In this document: positions 39,783 through 48,857 of the stretch, in pieces
Layout of the letters: every line of letters starts with the position of its first letter
Numbering within the stretch: the stretch's first letter is position 1
Origin: an uncultured Alphaproteobacteria bacterium
GTDB taxonomy: Bacteria; Pseudomonadota; Alphaproteobacteria; HIMB59; GCA-002718135
Assembly: GCA_902525035.1 (NCBI GenBank)
Contig: CABZFN010000002.1
Coordinates: 57,603-121,602, forward strand
Direction: 5' to 3'
Length of the DNA stretch: 64,000 bases
Position numbers and translations under genes: made by a program
The notes under the pieces: model-generated
Told to the model about the DNA's origin: nothing
Databases searched by the model: none
The model's input: the letters and a program-made list of their open reading frames with translations, nothing else

Positions 39783-41270
39783 TTAGTTATTTGAAGCAAG
39801 ACTTAAAAATGATAGTTTTTTTAAACTTTCGTCGTTCAAGTAATCTAAAGGCCTAATAGGATACTCTCCTGTGAAATAATGATCTGTGAATTGAGGATTA
39901 TCATTATCCCTACCATCATATCCAAGAGCTTTATACAAACCATCTAATGATAAAAATTTTAATGATTTAGCTCCAATATATTTACACATTTCCTCTAAAT
40001 TTTTGTTTGCTGCCAATAATTCATCTTGCGTAGGAGTATCAACTCCATAAAAATCAGGATATTTAATGGCTGGTGAAGCAATACGCATGTGCACTTCTTT
40101 CGCTCCAAAATCATAGAGCATTTTTATTATCTTAGTGGATGTTGTTCCTCGAACCAATGAGTCGTCAATTAAAACAATTTTCTTTTTTTTAATAGAACTT
40201 TGGTTTGGATTTAATTTTAACTTAACGCCTAAACTTCTAATTTGCTGAGTTGGTTCAATAAATGTCCTACCAACATAATGATTTCGTATTAATCCTAACT
40301 CAAAGGGAATACCAGATTCTTGACTAAAGCCAAGTGCAGCAGGAACACCAGAATCTGGAACCGGAACAACTACATCAGGTTTAATATCAGTTTCTTTTGC
40401 TAAGTGTGTTCCTAAATTTTTTCTGTATTTATAGGCAGTTTTGTTTTTTAAAATACTATCTGGTCGGGAGAAATAAATATATTCAAAAACACATGGCTTT
40501 ATTTGTTTTTTTGGGAATGGTCTTCTACTCTCAACTTTATTGTCTTTAATAACTACAACTTCACCATTTTCAATTTCGCGGATAAATTTTGCACCAATAA
40601 TATCTAAAGCACAAGTTTCAGAAGCAAGGATAAATGCATTTTTAAATTTACCTAAAACAAGAGGTCGAATACCTAATGGATCTCTTGCACCAATCAATGT
40701 ACCGTTAGCGATGATTGATAGAGCATAACCACCTTGAATTTGCATTAAAGCATCAATGATTTTATTTAGAATATCTTTCTTTTTTGAACGAGCAACAAGT
40801 TGGACAATAGTTTCAGTATCTGATGTTGTTTGAAATATTGCTCCTTCACGTACCATTTGTTCTCTTAACAGGAGTGCATTAGTAAGATTACCATTATGAG
40901 CAATACTAATCGCTCCTCCATGAAGATCCGCATAAAAGGGTTGTATGTTTCTTATCGTTTCACCACCTGTTGTCGAATAGCGATTGTGTCCAATTGCAAT
41001 TTTTCCTTTTAATTTTTCTAGTGATTGTTTTTTTGTAAAATTATCTCCAACCAATCCAAATTTTCTTTCTGAATGATAAGAATTGCCATCATAACTTACT
41101 ATTCCACAACCTTCTTGACCACGATGTTGCAAGGCATGCAAACCAAGAGCTGTTAAGGCTGCAGCATCTTTGGATCCACTTATTCCAAAAACACCACACT
41201 CCTCATTAAATCTGGGAACATGAGATTGCCTTGTCTTGAATTTTTTTAGAAAATTTAGTCTATTTTTCAT
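39783..41270 (-). CDS. purF: Amidophosphoribosyltransferase
   Basis: Propeptide then EE|CGVFG, QHRGQE, GHNRYST, HNGNL, DDSLVRGTT. Confidence 0.97.
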   Translation of the reverse strand: MKNRLNFLKKFKTRQSHVPRFNEECGVFGISGSKDAAALTALGLHALQHRGQEGCGIVSYDGNSYHSERKFGLVGDNFTKKQSLEKLKGKIAIGHNRYSTTGGETIRNIQPFYADLHGGAISIAHNGNLTNALLLREQMVREGAIFQTTSDTETIVQLVARSKKKDILNKIIDALMQIQGGYALSIIANGTLIGARDPLGIRPLVLGKFKNAFILASETCALDIIGAKFIREIENGEVVVIKDNKVESRRPFPKKQIKPCVFEYIYFSRPDSILKNKTAYKYRKNLGTHLAKETDIKPDVVVPVPDSGVPAALGFSQESGIPFELGLIRNHYVGRTFIEPTQQIRSLGVKLKLNPNQSSIKKKKIVLIDDSLVRGTTSTKIIKMLYDFGAKEVHMRIASPAIKYPDFYGVDTPTQDELLAANKNLEEMCKYIGAKSLKFLSLDGLYKALGYDGRDNDNPQFTDHYFTGEYPIRPLDYLNDESLKKLSFLSLASNN

Positions 41271-41271
41271 C

Positions 41272-41841
41272 TTACTGTTGTCTTGCTAAAAGTGTTTTTG
41301 CTACCATCTGTAATGCTCTTGGATAAACCTTATGCTCTTCTATCAATATTTTCTTTGAGAGTGATTCGGTATTATCTTTCTTCAAAATCTTTACTTTTTT
41401 TTGCAATATAATCTTTCCAGAGTCAATTTTAGCGCTAACGTAATGAACACTACAACCAGAATAGCTTGCTTTAGCCTTTGTGGCCTGATCTTGAGCATTT
41501 AAGCCTTTGAAAGCTGGAAGATACGATGGATGAATATTGATCAATCGCGATCGCCACTGCCTTACAAATTTAGAGTCTAAAACTTGCATAAAACCAGCCA
41601 AACAAATGATATCTATATTTTTTAGATACTTAATGACTTTGTTTTCAAAGTTTTTTCTTGGAATAAAATGTATGAATGGAATTTTATTTTTTTTGGCAAT
41701 AATTAAACCTTTTGCTTTGGAGTTATTAGAGACTACTAATTGAACCTCTACTAAACTTTGTTTTTTAAATGATGATTGTATTAGTGATTCTAAATTTGAA
41801 CCTCTGCCCGATATGAAAATAGCAACTTGTAATTTTTTCAA
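41272..41841 (-). CDS. purN: Phosphoribosylglycinamide formyltransferase
   Basis: ISGRGSNL, LAGFM, NIHPS.LP.FKG, GCSVH.V...D.G. Confidence 0.96.
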   Translation of the reverse strand: MKKLQVAIFISGRGSNLESLIQSSFKKQSLVEVQLVVSNNSKAKGLIIAKKNKIPFIHFIPRKNFENKVIKYLKNIDIICLAGFMQVLDSKFVRQWRSRLINIHPSYLPAFKGLNAQDQATKAKASYSGCSVHYVSAKIDSGKIILQKKVKILKKDNTESLSKKILIEEHKVYPRALQMVAKTLLARQQ

Positions 41842-42872
41842 CTAATTATACACCTTGATGAATTGTTAACTTCTATTTTCCCAATTTCAAAAATATCTAA
41901 ATTTTCATCTTTTATTAATTGCTCAAATTCTTTGTAATTATTTTTTGAAATAGTCATAATCAAACCTAATCCACAATTAAAGGTCTTCAACATTTCTTCA
42001 TCTGAAATGTTAGCTAAACTTTGAAACCATTGGAAAATTTCTTCATTACAAATAAATTTTTTATCAATCCGTGCTGATAAACTTTCAGATAACATTCTTG
42101 GTGCATTACCAATAATACCCCCACCTGTTATATGAGAAATACCATTGATAAGATTTGTTGTTATAATTTTTTTTAAAAAAGGAAAATATAATTTTGTTGG
42201 AGCCATTAAGGCTGCTGCATTTGTTTTGTAAGATGATTTAAATTCTGTTTTTTTATGTAGATCTATATTTTTATCTTTTAAAACTTTTCGAATGAGAGAA
42301 TATCCATTTGAATGAAAGCCCGAAGATCTAATCCCATATAGAAGATCATCTTCTTTCATGACATCTCTTTTAGGTAGAATTTTTTTTCTCTCTACTGCTC
42401 CAACACAAAATCCAGCAAAATCAAAATCATCTTTTTTGTAAAGCCCAGGCATCTCTGCTGTTTCACCACCAATAAGAGAACAATTATTTATGTTGCAAGC
42501 TTCAGTGATGCTTTTCATAATTTTTAAAAAAGAATTTTTATCAATCTTGGAAGAAGCATAGTAATCTAAAAAAAATAATGGCTCAGCACCATGACACAGA
42601 ATATCATTTAGACACATACCAACGAGATCATGACCCAAACCATCAAAAATGTCAGTTTCAATTCCTAGTAATATTTTTGTTCCTATGCCATCTGTTCCAG
42701 AGACCAATAAAGGATCTTCATATCCACATTTTTTAAGATCAAAAATGCCACCAAATCCGCCAATTTTATCAAAATTTCCATTTCTGTTTGTTGATTTACT
42801 TAACTCAGAAATATCTTCGACAAGGGCATCTGTATTTTTTATATCAACCCCTGCTTCTTTATATGTTGTCAT
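41838..42872 (-). CDS. purM: AIR synthase
   Basis: TYKEAGVDI, GTDGIGTK, GGETAEMPG, SSGFHSNGYSL, HITGGG. Confidence 0.97.
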   Translation of the reverse strand: MTTYKEAGVDIKNTDALVEDISELSKSTNRNGNFDKIGGFGGIFDLKKCGYEDPLLVSGTDGIGTKILLGIETDIFDGLGHDLVGMCLNDILCHGAEPLFFLDYYASSKIDKNSFLKIMKSITEACNINNCSLIGGETAEMPGLYKKDDFDFAGFCVGAVERKKILPKRDVMKEDDLLYGIRSSGFHSNGYSLIRKVLKDKNIDLHKKTEFKSSYKTNAAALMAPTKLYFPFLKKIITTNLINGISHITGGGIIGNAPRMLSESLSARIDKKFICNEEIFQWFQSLANISDEEMLKTFNCGLGLIMTISKNNYKEFEQLIKDENLDIFEIGKIEVNNSSRCIIS

Positions 42873-42945
42873 ATTTAATTTGTTTTAAACGAATCGTTAA
42901 CGAGTAAACTATTAATATAGTAAATTAAGTTGATTCGTACTCATA

Positions 42946-45876
42946 ATGACAAATACAATTCAAATTCTCTCTATTGAGAAGACAGGGAAAGAAAGTTCAC
43001 TACAAAAAGAACACAATAATAAATCTATTAAAATTATAGATGGATATTTCTTTTCAACAAATCTTGATAATCAAAAGTTTACTAAAATAAGTAAACTCAT
43101 TTCTAATGATGTTTCTCAAACAATATTAACTAAAAAAAATGTTAATATGATTTTATCTAGTTATAGTAATTTTAACTGGGCTATAGAAATAAAATTTTTA
43201 CCAGGCGTAACTGATAATATTGCTACAACTGTAAAAGAGATAATCAAAGATAATCTAAAGGGTAGTTTTAAAAGCTTTGAACTTGGTTCAACAAAAATTA
43301 TTTTAATAAAAGGTAGAAAAGAAGATATTACCAAAATATCCAAAAATGAAGCAAATCCCTTAATTCAAACAATTAAGATTTATCCATTTAAAAAATATTT
43401 AAATAATTTTAAAAAAAATTATTTCAAAATAGAAAAAGTAAAATTACCAAAAAAAAAATATAGTAAAAAAGAAATTAATTTAGATATTTCTGATTATCAT
43501 CTCAGTCTTATTGGTAAGCTAGGAATCGAAGAAAATGATAAATCTAGAAGAGGAACACTTGGCTTAGATCTAGAATCTTTAAAAGCCATAAGAAATTATT
43601 TTTCCACTATAAAACGTAAACCAACTGATGTAGAAATTGAAACATTAGCACAGACGTGGTCCGAGCACTGTAAGCACAAAATATTTTCAGCTAAGATTGA
43701 TGATATTCAAGAAGGTATATTTAAAAAATACATTAAAGGTGCTACTGAAAAAATTATTCAATTAAGAAAAGATAATTTTTGTGTTTCTCTTTTTACGGAT
43801 AATGCGGGCGGAATAGGATTTAATAAAGATTGGATTATTTGTCATAAAGTTGAAACACATAATACGCCATCAGCTTTAGATCCATTTGGTGGAGCAATCA
43901 CTGGAATTGTTGGTGTAAATAGGGATTGTCTTGGATTTGGAAAAGGAGCAAAACCTATAGCTAATACGTATGCATATTATTTAGCAGATCCAAATAAAAA
44001 TTATCAATTGTATCGTCAAAAGAATAATATGGATCCAATGCTTCCAGCAAATTTTATTGCGAAGGGTATTATCAGTGGTGTTAGAGTTGGAGGAAATTGT
44101 TCAGGTATTCCTACTCCTCAAGGTAATGTGTATTTTGATGACCGGTTTGCAGGAAAGCCTCTTGTATTTTGTGGAACAGTTGGAATTATTCCAAAAAAAA
44201 TAAAAGGAAAATTATCGCATAAGAAGAAAGCTAATCCAGGAGATATCATACTAATGGCAGGAGGTAGAGTTGGAAAAGATGGTATTCACGGTGCTACATT
44301 TTCATCAGAAGAATTAGATCCTAATAGTCCAGTTTCTGCTGTACAAATTGGTGATCCAATAACACAAAAAAAAATGTCTGATGTCATCATTAGAGAATTG
44401 CGTGATGAAAATCTTTACTCAAGCATAACAGATAATGGAGCCGGAGGATTATCATCATCAATAGGAGAGATGGCAAAGGAGAGTGGCGGTTTTATTGTTA
44501 ATCTTGAAAAAGTTCCTCTTAAATATAATGGATTATATCCTTGGGAAATTTGGGTTTCTGAGTCGCAAGAAAGAATGACACTAGCAGTGCCTCCAGTGAA
44601 TGTAAAAAGAGTTATAAAGAGATTTAAAGCAAGAGGCGTGGAAGCAACAATAATTGGTAAGTTTATTAAAAAAGAAAAAGCCATAGTAAAATATAATGAA
44701 ACTGAAATTCTCAATTTAGATATGGAATTTCTTCATGAAGGTTATCCTAAATTAAATTTAAAAACATCTTTGCCAAAAATTAAGAAAGAAAAGAAAAAAA
44801 TAATTAAAAAAAATTCCTTAATAGATAAATTACATAAACTACTCTCTAGTCCAAATATTGTGTCAAAAGAATTTATAGCCACACAATATGATCACGAAGT
44901 ACAAGCTACCTCTATTATAAAACCATTACAAGGCGAAGGTAGAGTTTTTGGAAATGCTACAGCTATAAAACCTCTATTTGATGATGAAAAATCAATTGCT
45001 CTTTCTCAAGCTGCTTATCCTCAATACGCCGAAACAAATCCTTATGACATGGCTGGATGTTCAATTGATACAGCATATAAAAATTTAATTGTTAGTGGCG
45101 CCAACTCAAAAAAAATTGCAATTCTTGATAACTTTTGTTGGTGCAGCTCCGATGAACCTGATCGGTTGTATCAATTGAAAGAAGCTGCAAAAGCTTGTTA
45201 TGAATATGCAGTTGCTTACCAAACACCTTTTATTTCTGGAAAAGATAGTATGTTTAATGATTTTAAAGGTTTTGATAAAACTGGAAAATCTGTAAAAATT
45301 TCGATACCTCCAACATTGCTTATTTCTTCTATTGGAGTGGTAGATAAAATTTCACACTTAACGAAAATAACACCCGATGATGGTGATATTCTTGTAGTTT
45401 TAGGAAATACTCGTAATGAATTACGGGATAGCGTTTATTCCAAAATTATAGGTTATGAAAAATCAAAAAATCCAGTTGTAAATAGCAAGGATGCACTTCG
45501 AACGTATAAAAATTTTGAAAAAGCTAATAAACTTGGAATTATAAATTCTGCAATTGGAATAGATTTGGGTGGATTTGGAATTGCAGTTGCAAAGATGGCA
45601 ATTGCTTCAAAGAAAGGTTTAACCATTGATTTAAAACTAAAAAATAAAATCTCAGTTGATCAATTTTTGTTTTCTGAAACACAAAGTAGAATTCTTGTTT
45701 CTATGAAAAAAAATAAGTTAGTCAATTTTAAAAAAATATTTAAAGTTTCTGATTATACAATTATTGGCAAGTGTACGGGCTTAGATGTAATTGAGTTTAA
45801 AGATAACAAAAAAATTATTAGAGGTAAAATTTCAGATTTTGCTAAGTCATACAAACAAAATATTAGAGGATTATGA
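42946..45876 (+). CDS. purL: FGAM synthase synthetase subunit, long form with N-terminal PurS-like extension
   Basis: PGVTDN, QTWSEHCKHKIF, KVETHNTPS, DGIHGATFSS, DNGAGGLSS, SESQERM, FISGKDSM. Confidence 0.93.
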   Translation: MTNTIQILSIEKTGKESSLQKEHNNKSIKIIDGYFFSTNLDNQKFTKISKLISNDVSQTILTKKNVNMILSSYSNFNWAIEIKFLPGVTDNIATTVKEIIKDNLKGSFKSFELGSTKIILIKGRKEDITKISKNEANPLIQTIKIYPFKKYLNNFKKNYFKIEKVKLPKKKYSKKEINLDISDYHLSLIGKLGIEENDKSRRGTLGLDLESLKAIRNYFSTIKRKPTDVEIETLAQTWSEHCKHKIFSAKIDDIQEGIFKKYIKGATEKIIQLRKDNFCVSLFTDNAGGIGFNKDWIICHKVETHNTPSALDPFGGAITGIVGVNRDCLGFGKGAKPIANTYAYYLADPNKNYQLYRQKNNMDPMLPANFIAKGIISGVRVGGNCSGIPTPQGNVYFDDRFAGKPLVFCGTVGIIPKKIKGKLSHKKKANPGDIILMAGGRVGKDGIHGATFSSEELDPNSPVSAVQIGDPITQKKMSDVIIRELRDENLYSSITDNGAGGLSSSIGEMAKESGGFIVNLEKVPLKYNGLYPWEIWVSESQERMTLAVPPVNVKRVIKRFKARGVEATIIGKFIKKEKAIVKYNETEILNLDMEFLHEGYPKLNLKTSLPKIKKEKKKIIKKNSLIDKLHKLLSSPNIVSKEFIATQYDHEVQATSIIKPLQGEGRVFGNATAIKPLFDDEKSIALSQAAYPQYAETNPYDMAGCSIDTAYKNLIVSGANSKKIAILDNFCWCSSDEPDRLYQLKEAAKACYEYAVAYQTPFISGKDSMFNDFKGFDKTGKSVKISIPPTLLISSIGVVDKISHLTKITPDDGDILVVLGNTRNELRDSVYSKIIGYEKSKNPVVNSKDALRTYKNFEKANKLGIINSAIGIDLGGFGIAVAKMAIASKKGLTIDLKLKNKISVDQFLFSETQSRILVSMKKNKLVNFKKIFKVSDYTIIGKCTGLDVIEFKDNKKIIRGKISDFAKSYKQNIRGL

Positions 45877-46637
45877 ACGTATTAGTCTTATCAGGTTATG
45901 GTATTAATTGTGAAAATGAAACACTATATGCATTTGAAGTAGTAGGATTTAATGGAAAAATTGTTCATATTAATGATCTGATTCAAAATCCTAAACAACT
46001 AAATAATTATCAAGTATTCGCTATACCTGGTGGTTTTTCATATGGCGATGATACAGGTTCAGGAAATGCAATGGCAAAAAAAATTATGACCAATTTATAT
46101 GATCAGCTAATAAATTTTTCACTAAAAGATAAATTAATCATAGGCATATGTAATGGATGCCAAATATTAATTAATCTTGGTTTAGTTCCAAGCCTAAATA
46201 AAAAAGATCCAGAAGTAGCAATGATTGAAAATAAATCTGGGAGCTATGAGTGTCGATGGGTTGATGTAAAAGTAAGTAATAAAAAATCACCTTGGCTAAA
46301 AAATATTAGTACCCTGAACTTGCCTGTTGCCCATCAAGAGGGGCAATTCATGATACCTATTAATCTACTTAAAAGTATCAAAGCTAATAACCTTATTGGT
46401 TTACAATACATTGATCACCACAAGAAATTAGCAAAAGGTCAATTTCCCTTTAATCCTAATGGATCTAGAGATGATATAGCTGCGTTAACAAATCAAAATG
46501 GTAATGTTCTTGCAATGATGCCTCATCCAGAAAGAGCATTTTATCATTATCATGTTCCTAATTGGCAAAACAATACTTCTAAAAAATTCGGTGATGGGTA
46601 TAAAATTTTTATGAACGCAAAAAAATTCTTTGCATAA
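45873..46637 (+). CDS. purQ: FGAM synthase glutaminase subunit
   Basis: GINCE.ET, PGGFSYGD, GICNGCQ, NPNGS, MMPHPER. Confidence 0.95.
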   Translation: MNVLVLSGYGINCENETLYAFEVVGFNGKIVHINDLIQNPKQLNNYQVFAIPGGFSYGDDTGSGNAMAKKIMTNLYDQLINFSLKDKLIIGICNGCQILINLGLVPSLNKKDPEVAMIENKSGSYECRWVDVKVSNKKSPWLKNISTLNLPVAHQEGQFMIPINLLKSIKANNLIGLQYIDHHKKLAKGQFPFNPNGSRDDIAALTNQNGNVLAMMPHPERAFYHYHVPNWQNNTSKKFGDGYKIFMNAKKFFA

Positions 46638-46638
46638 A

Positions 46639-47688
46639 TTATACTGCTATATCCACTATTTTTTTCATAACAGTTGGCATTCTAGAACTAGAATAAGATG
46701 ATTTCTTTATCCAATTACTTTTTAATAATTTTGCTTTTTTAACATTTCCATAAAAAATTTCTGTTTCTAAATCAAAATGACTAAATGAATATCCAAATGA
46801 ACCTTTAGATTGTAATTTTGTTTTTATTTTTTGTATGTCTTGATCAGTAGTTAGCAATTTTTTATTTTTAACCCAGACATCATTTGGTACTTCAAGCATA
46901 GAGGCCAACATTCCTTTATTTGGTCTACTTCGTACTAGGATTTCATTCTTTTCATTCACAATTACGTAAGCTCTTGTGTACTTTATGGGCTTATTACTTT
47001 TCTTTTTTTGTTTGAAAGGAATTTTTTGCTGTAAATTCTTTTTATATGATTGGCAAAATTTATTAATTCCACAAATATTACATTTAGGGTTTCTTGGAAG
47101 GCAGATCTCTGATCCGTAATCCATAAAAGACTGAATTAAGTTTGAAGAATATTTATCTGAGATGAATTTTTTTCCCAAATCTTTGAGTTTATTTTTGACT
47201 TTATTAATTGGTTTATCGATAGCATGTAACCTAACCAAAATTCTTTCAATATTAGCATCAAGTGGCATGACGGATTTATTATATCCTATTCCAAGAATTG
47301 CTTTTGCAGTGTAATCTCCAATACCAGGAAGTTGGATAAGTTCATCATAAGTTTGTGGTATGTTATTTTTAAAATTATTTTTAATTATTTTTGCAGACTT
47401 TAATAAATTTTTCGCTCTTGAATAATAACCAAGACCTGACCAGAATTTCAAGATATTTGGCTCTGAAGTTTGTGCTAATTTATTTAGTGAAGGCCATTTT
47501 AAAATAAATTCATTAAATTTATTTTTTACGGTATTTACTGTTGTTTGTTGAAGCATATACTCACTTACAAACACAAAGTATGGATGAGGTAAATTTAGAT
47601 TATTTTTCTTCCGCCATGGTAATTTTCTGGCATTCATAGAATACCATTGAAGTAAAAACTTTATTACTTGTGTTTCGTGTTTAAACAT
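46639..47688 (-). CDS. mutY: A/G-specific adenine glycosylase
   Basis: R.LPWR, SEYMLQQT, WSGLGYYSRA, LPGIGDYTA, C-x6-C-x2-C-x5-C. Confidence 0.96.
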   Translation of the reverse strand: MFKHETQVIKFLLQWYSMNARKLPWRKKNNLNLPHPYFVFVSEYMLQQTTVNTVKNKFNEFILKWPSLNKLAQTSEPNILKFWSGLGYYSRAKNLLKSAKIIKNNFKNNIPQTYDELIQLPGIGDYTAKAILGIGYNKSVMPLDANIERILVRLHAIDKPINKVKNKLKDLGKKFISDKYSSNLIQSFMDYGSEICLPRNPKCNICGINKFCQSYKKNLQQKIPFKQKKKSNKPIKYTRAYVIVNEKNEILVRSRPNKGMLASMLEVPNDVWVKNKKLLTTDQDIQKIKTKLQSKGSFGYSFSHFDLETEIFYGNVKKAKLLKSNWIKKSSYSSSRMPTVMKKIVDIAV

Positions 47689-47721
47689 ATTGCTTTCATA
47701 TTTAGGTACTATAAATTATTT

Positions 47722-48246
47722 ATGCATATGGACAAAAAAAATTTAAAACAAAAAAGAACATTTGTTCCACAATCTATTGGCGATACTCTGAGGAAGGTAA
47801 ATAGAAAATTTTCCTCTAAATATAATCGTACAGAATTTATAATTAACTCCAAATGGCCTGAAATTGCTGGTAGTTATTTTAAAGAATATTCAGAGCCGTT
47901 AAATGTTTCAAGAGTGCGTGATTTTGAAAACGATGTAGGTGAGACAGTTTATAAAAATTATCTAAATGTGAGTGTTGCACCGGCCGCAGCCATTGAATTT
48001 CAACACTTTAAGGACACTATAATTGAAAAAATTAATACTTATTTTGGCTATAAAGCTATAGTGGACTTGAGAATTCATCAAAATTACATACCTAAGTATA
48101 CTCATATGAAACAAAGTAAGAAAAAACAAATTGATAAAGATGACGTAGAATTTGTTAATCAAAACGTTAAAGAACTTCAAAATTCAGATTTGAAAAAATC
48201 GCTATTAAATTTAGGTAATAAAATTACAACTGAGGACAAAGGATGA
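47722..48246 (+). CDS. DUF721/DciA family protein
   Basis: WPEIAG, A.EFQH....IIEKIN.YFGY.A; between mutY and dsbA; start uncertain. Confidence 0.78.
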   Translation: MHMDKKNLKQKRTFVPQSIGDTLRKVNRKFSSKYNRTEFIINSKWPEIAGSYFKEYSEPLNVSRVRDFENDVGETVYKNYLNVSVAPAAAIEFQHFKDTIIEKINTYFGYKAIVDLRIHQNYIPKYTHMKQSKKKQIDKDDVEFVNQNVKELQNSDLKKSLLNLGNKITTEDKG

Positions 48247-48854
48247 AAATTAGAATTTTATTTATTTCTATCATACTATCGCTACTTTTTATTAATGCCA
48301 AAGCAGCTGAAAATTCAATACTAGATGTTAAAGATAATGATTTTTATATTGGAGAAGAAAATGCTCCAATCACAATTATAGAATATGCTTCAATGTCTTG
48401 TAGTCATTGTGCAGATTTTCACAATGATACTCTAGCAGAATTAAAAAAAGAGTTTATTGATACTGGTAAAGTTAAGTTTATTTTTCGTGATTTTCCTTTT
48501 AATTATCCGGCTCTTGCTGGGAGTATGATTTTAAGATGTGTGCCAGATGAGGTAAGATACGATTATATGAATGGCCTTTATAAGCTGCAAAATAGTTGGG
48601 TTAATAGAGATCATTCCAAAACAAGATCTGAATTATATAAAATTATGCAAAGTGGCGGTATGCAACAAGAAGATTTTGATGCTTGTTTAAATAATGTGGA
48701 TTTAGAGAATCAATTACTTGAGGGTGTAATGGATGCGCAAAGAGAATATAAAATAGGCTCCACTCCGTCATTCATTGTTAATGGAGTTTTATATTCCGGA
48801 AATAAAAACATAAAAGAGTTTAGACAAATCATCGATAAAATATTATCACAATAG
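48243..48854 (+). CDS. DsbA family thioredoxin-fold protein
   Basis: G...AP.TIIEYASMSCSHCADFH, RDFP, STPSF. Confidence 0.92.
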   Translation: MKIRILFISIILSLLFINAKAAENSILDVKDNDFYIGEENAPITIIEYASMSCSHCADFHNDTLAELKKEFIDTGKVKFIFRDFPFNYPALAGSMILRCVPDEVRYDYMNGLYKLQNSWVNRDHSKTRSELYKIMQSGGMQQEDFDACLNNVDLENQLLEGVMDAQREYKIGSTPSFIVNGVLYSGNKNIKEFRQIIDKILSQ

Positions 48855-48857
48855 TTG

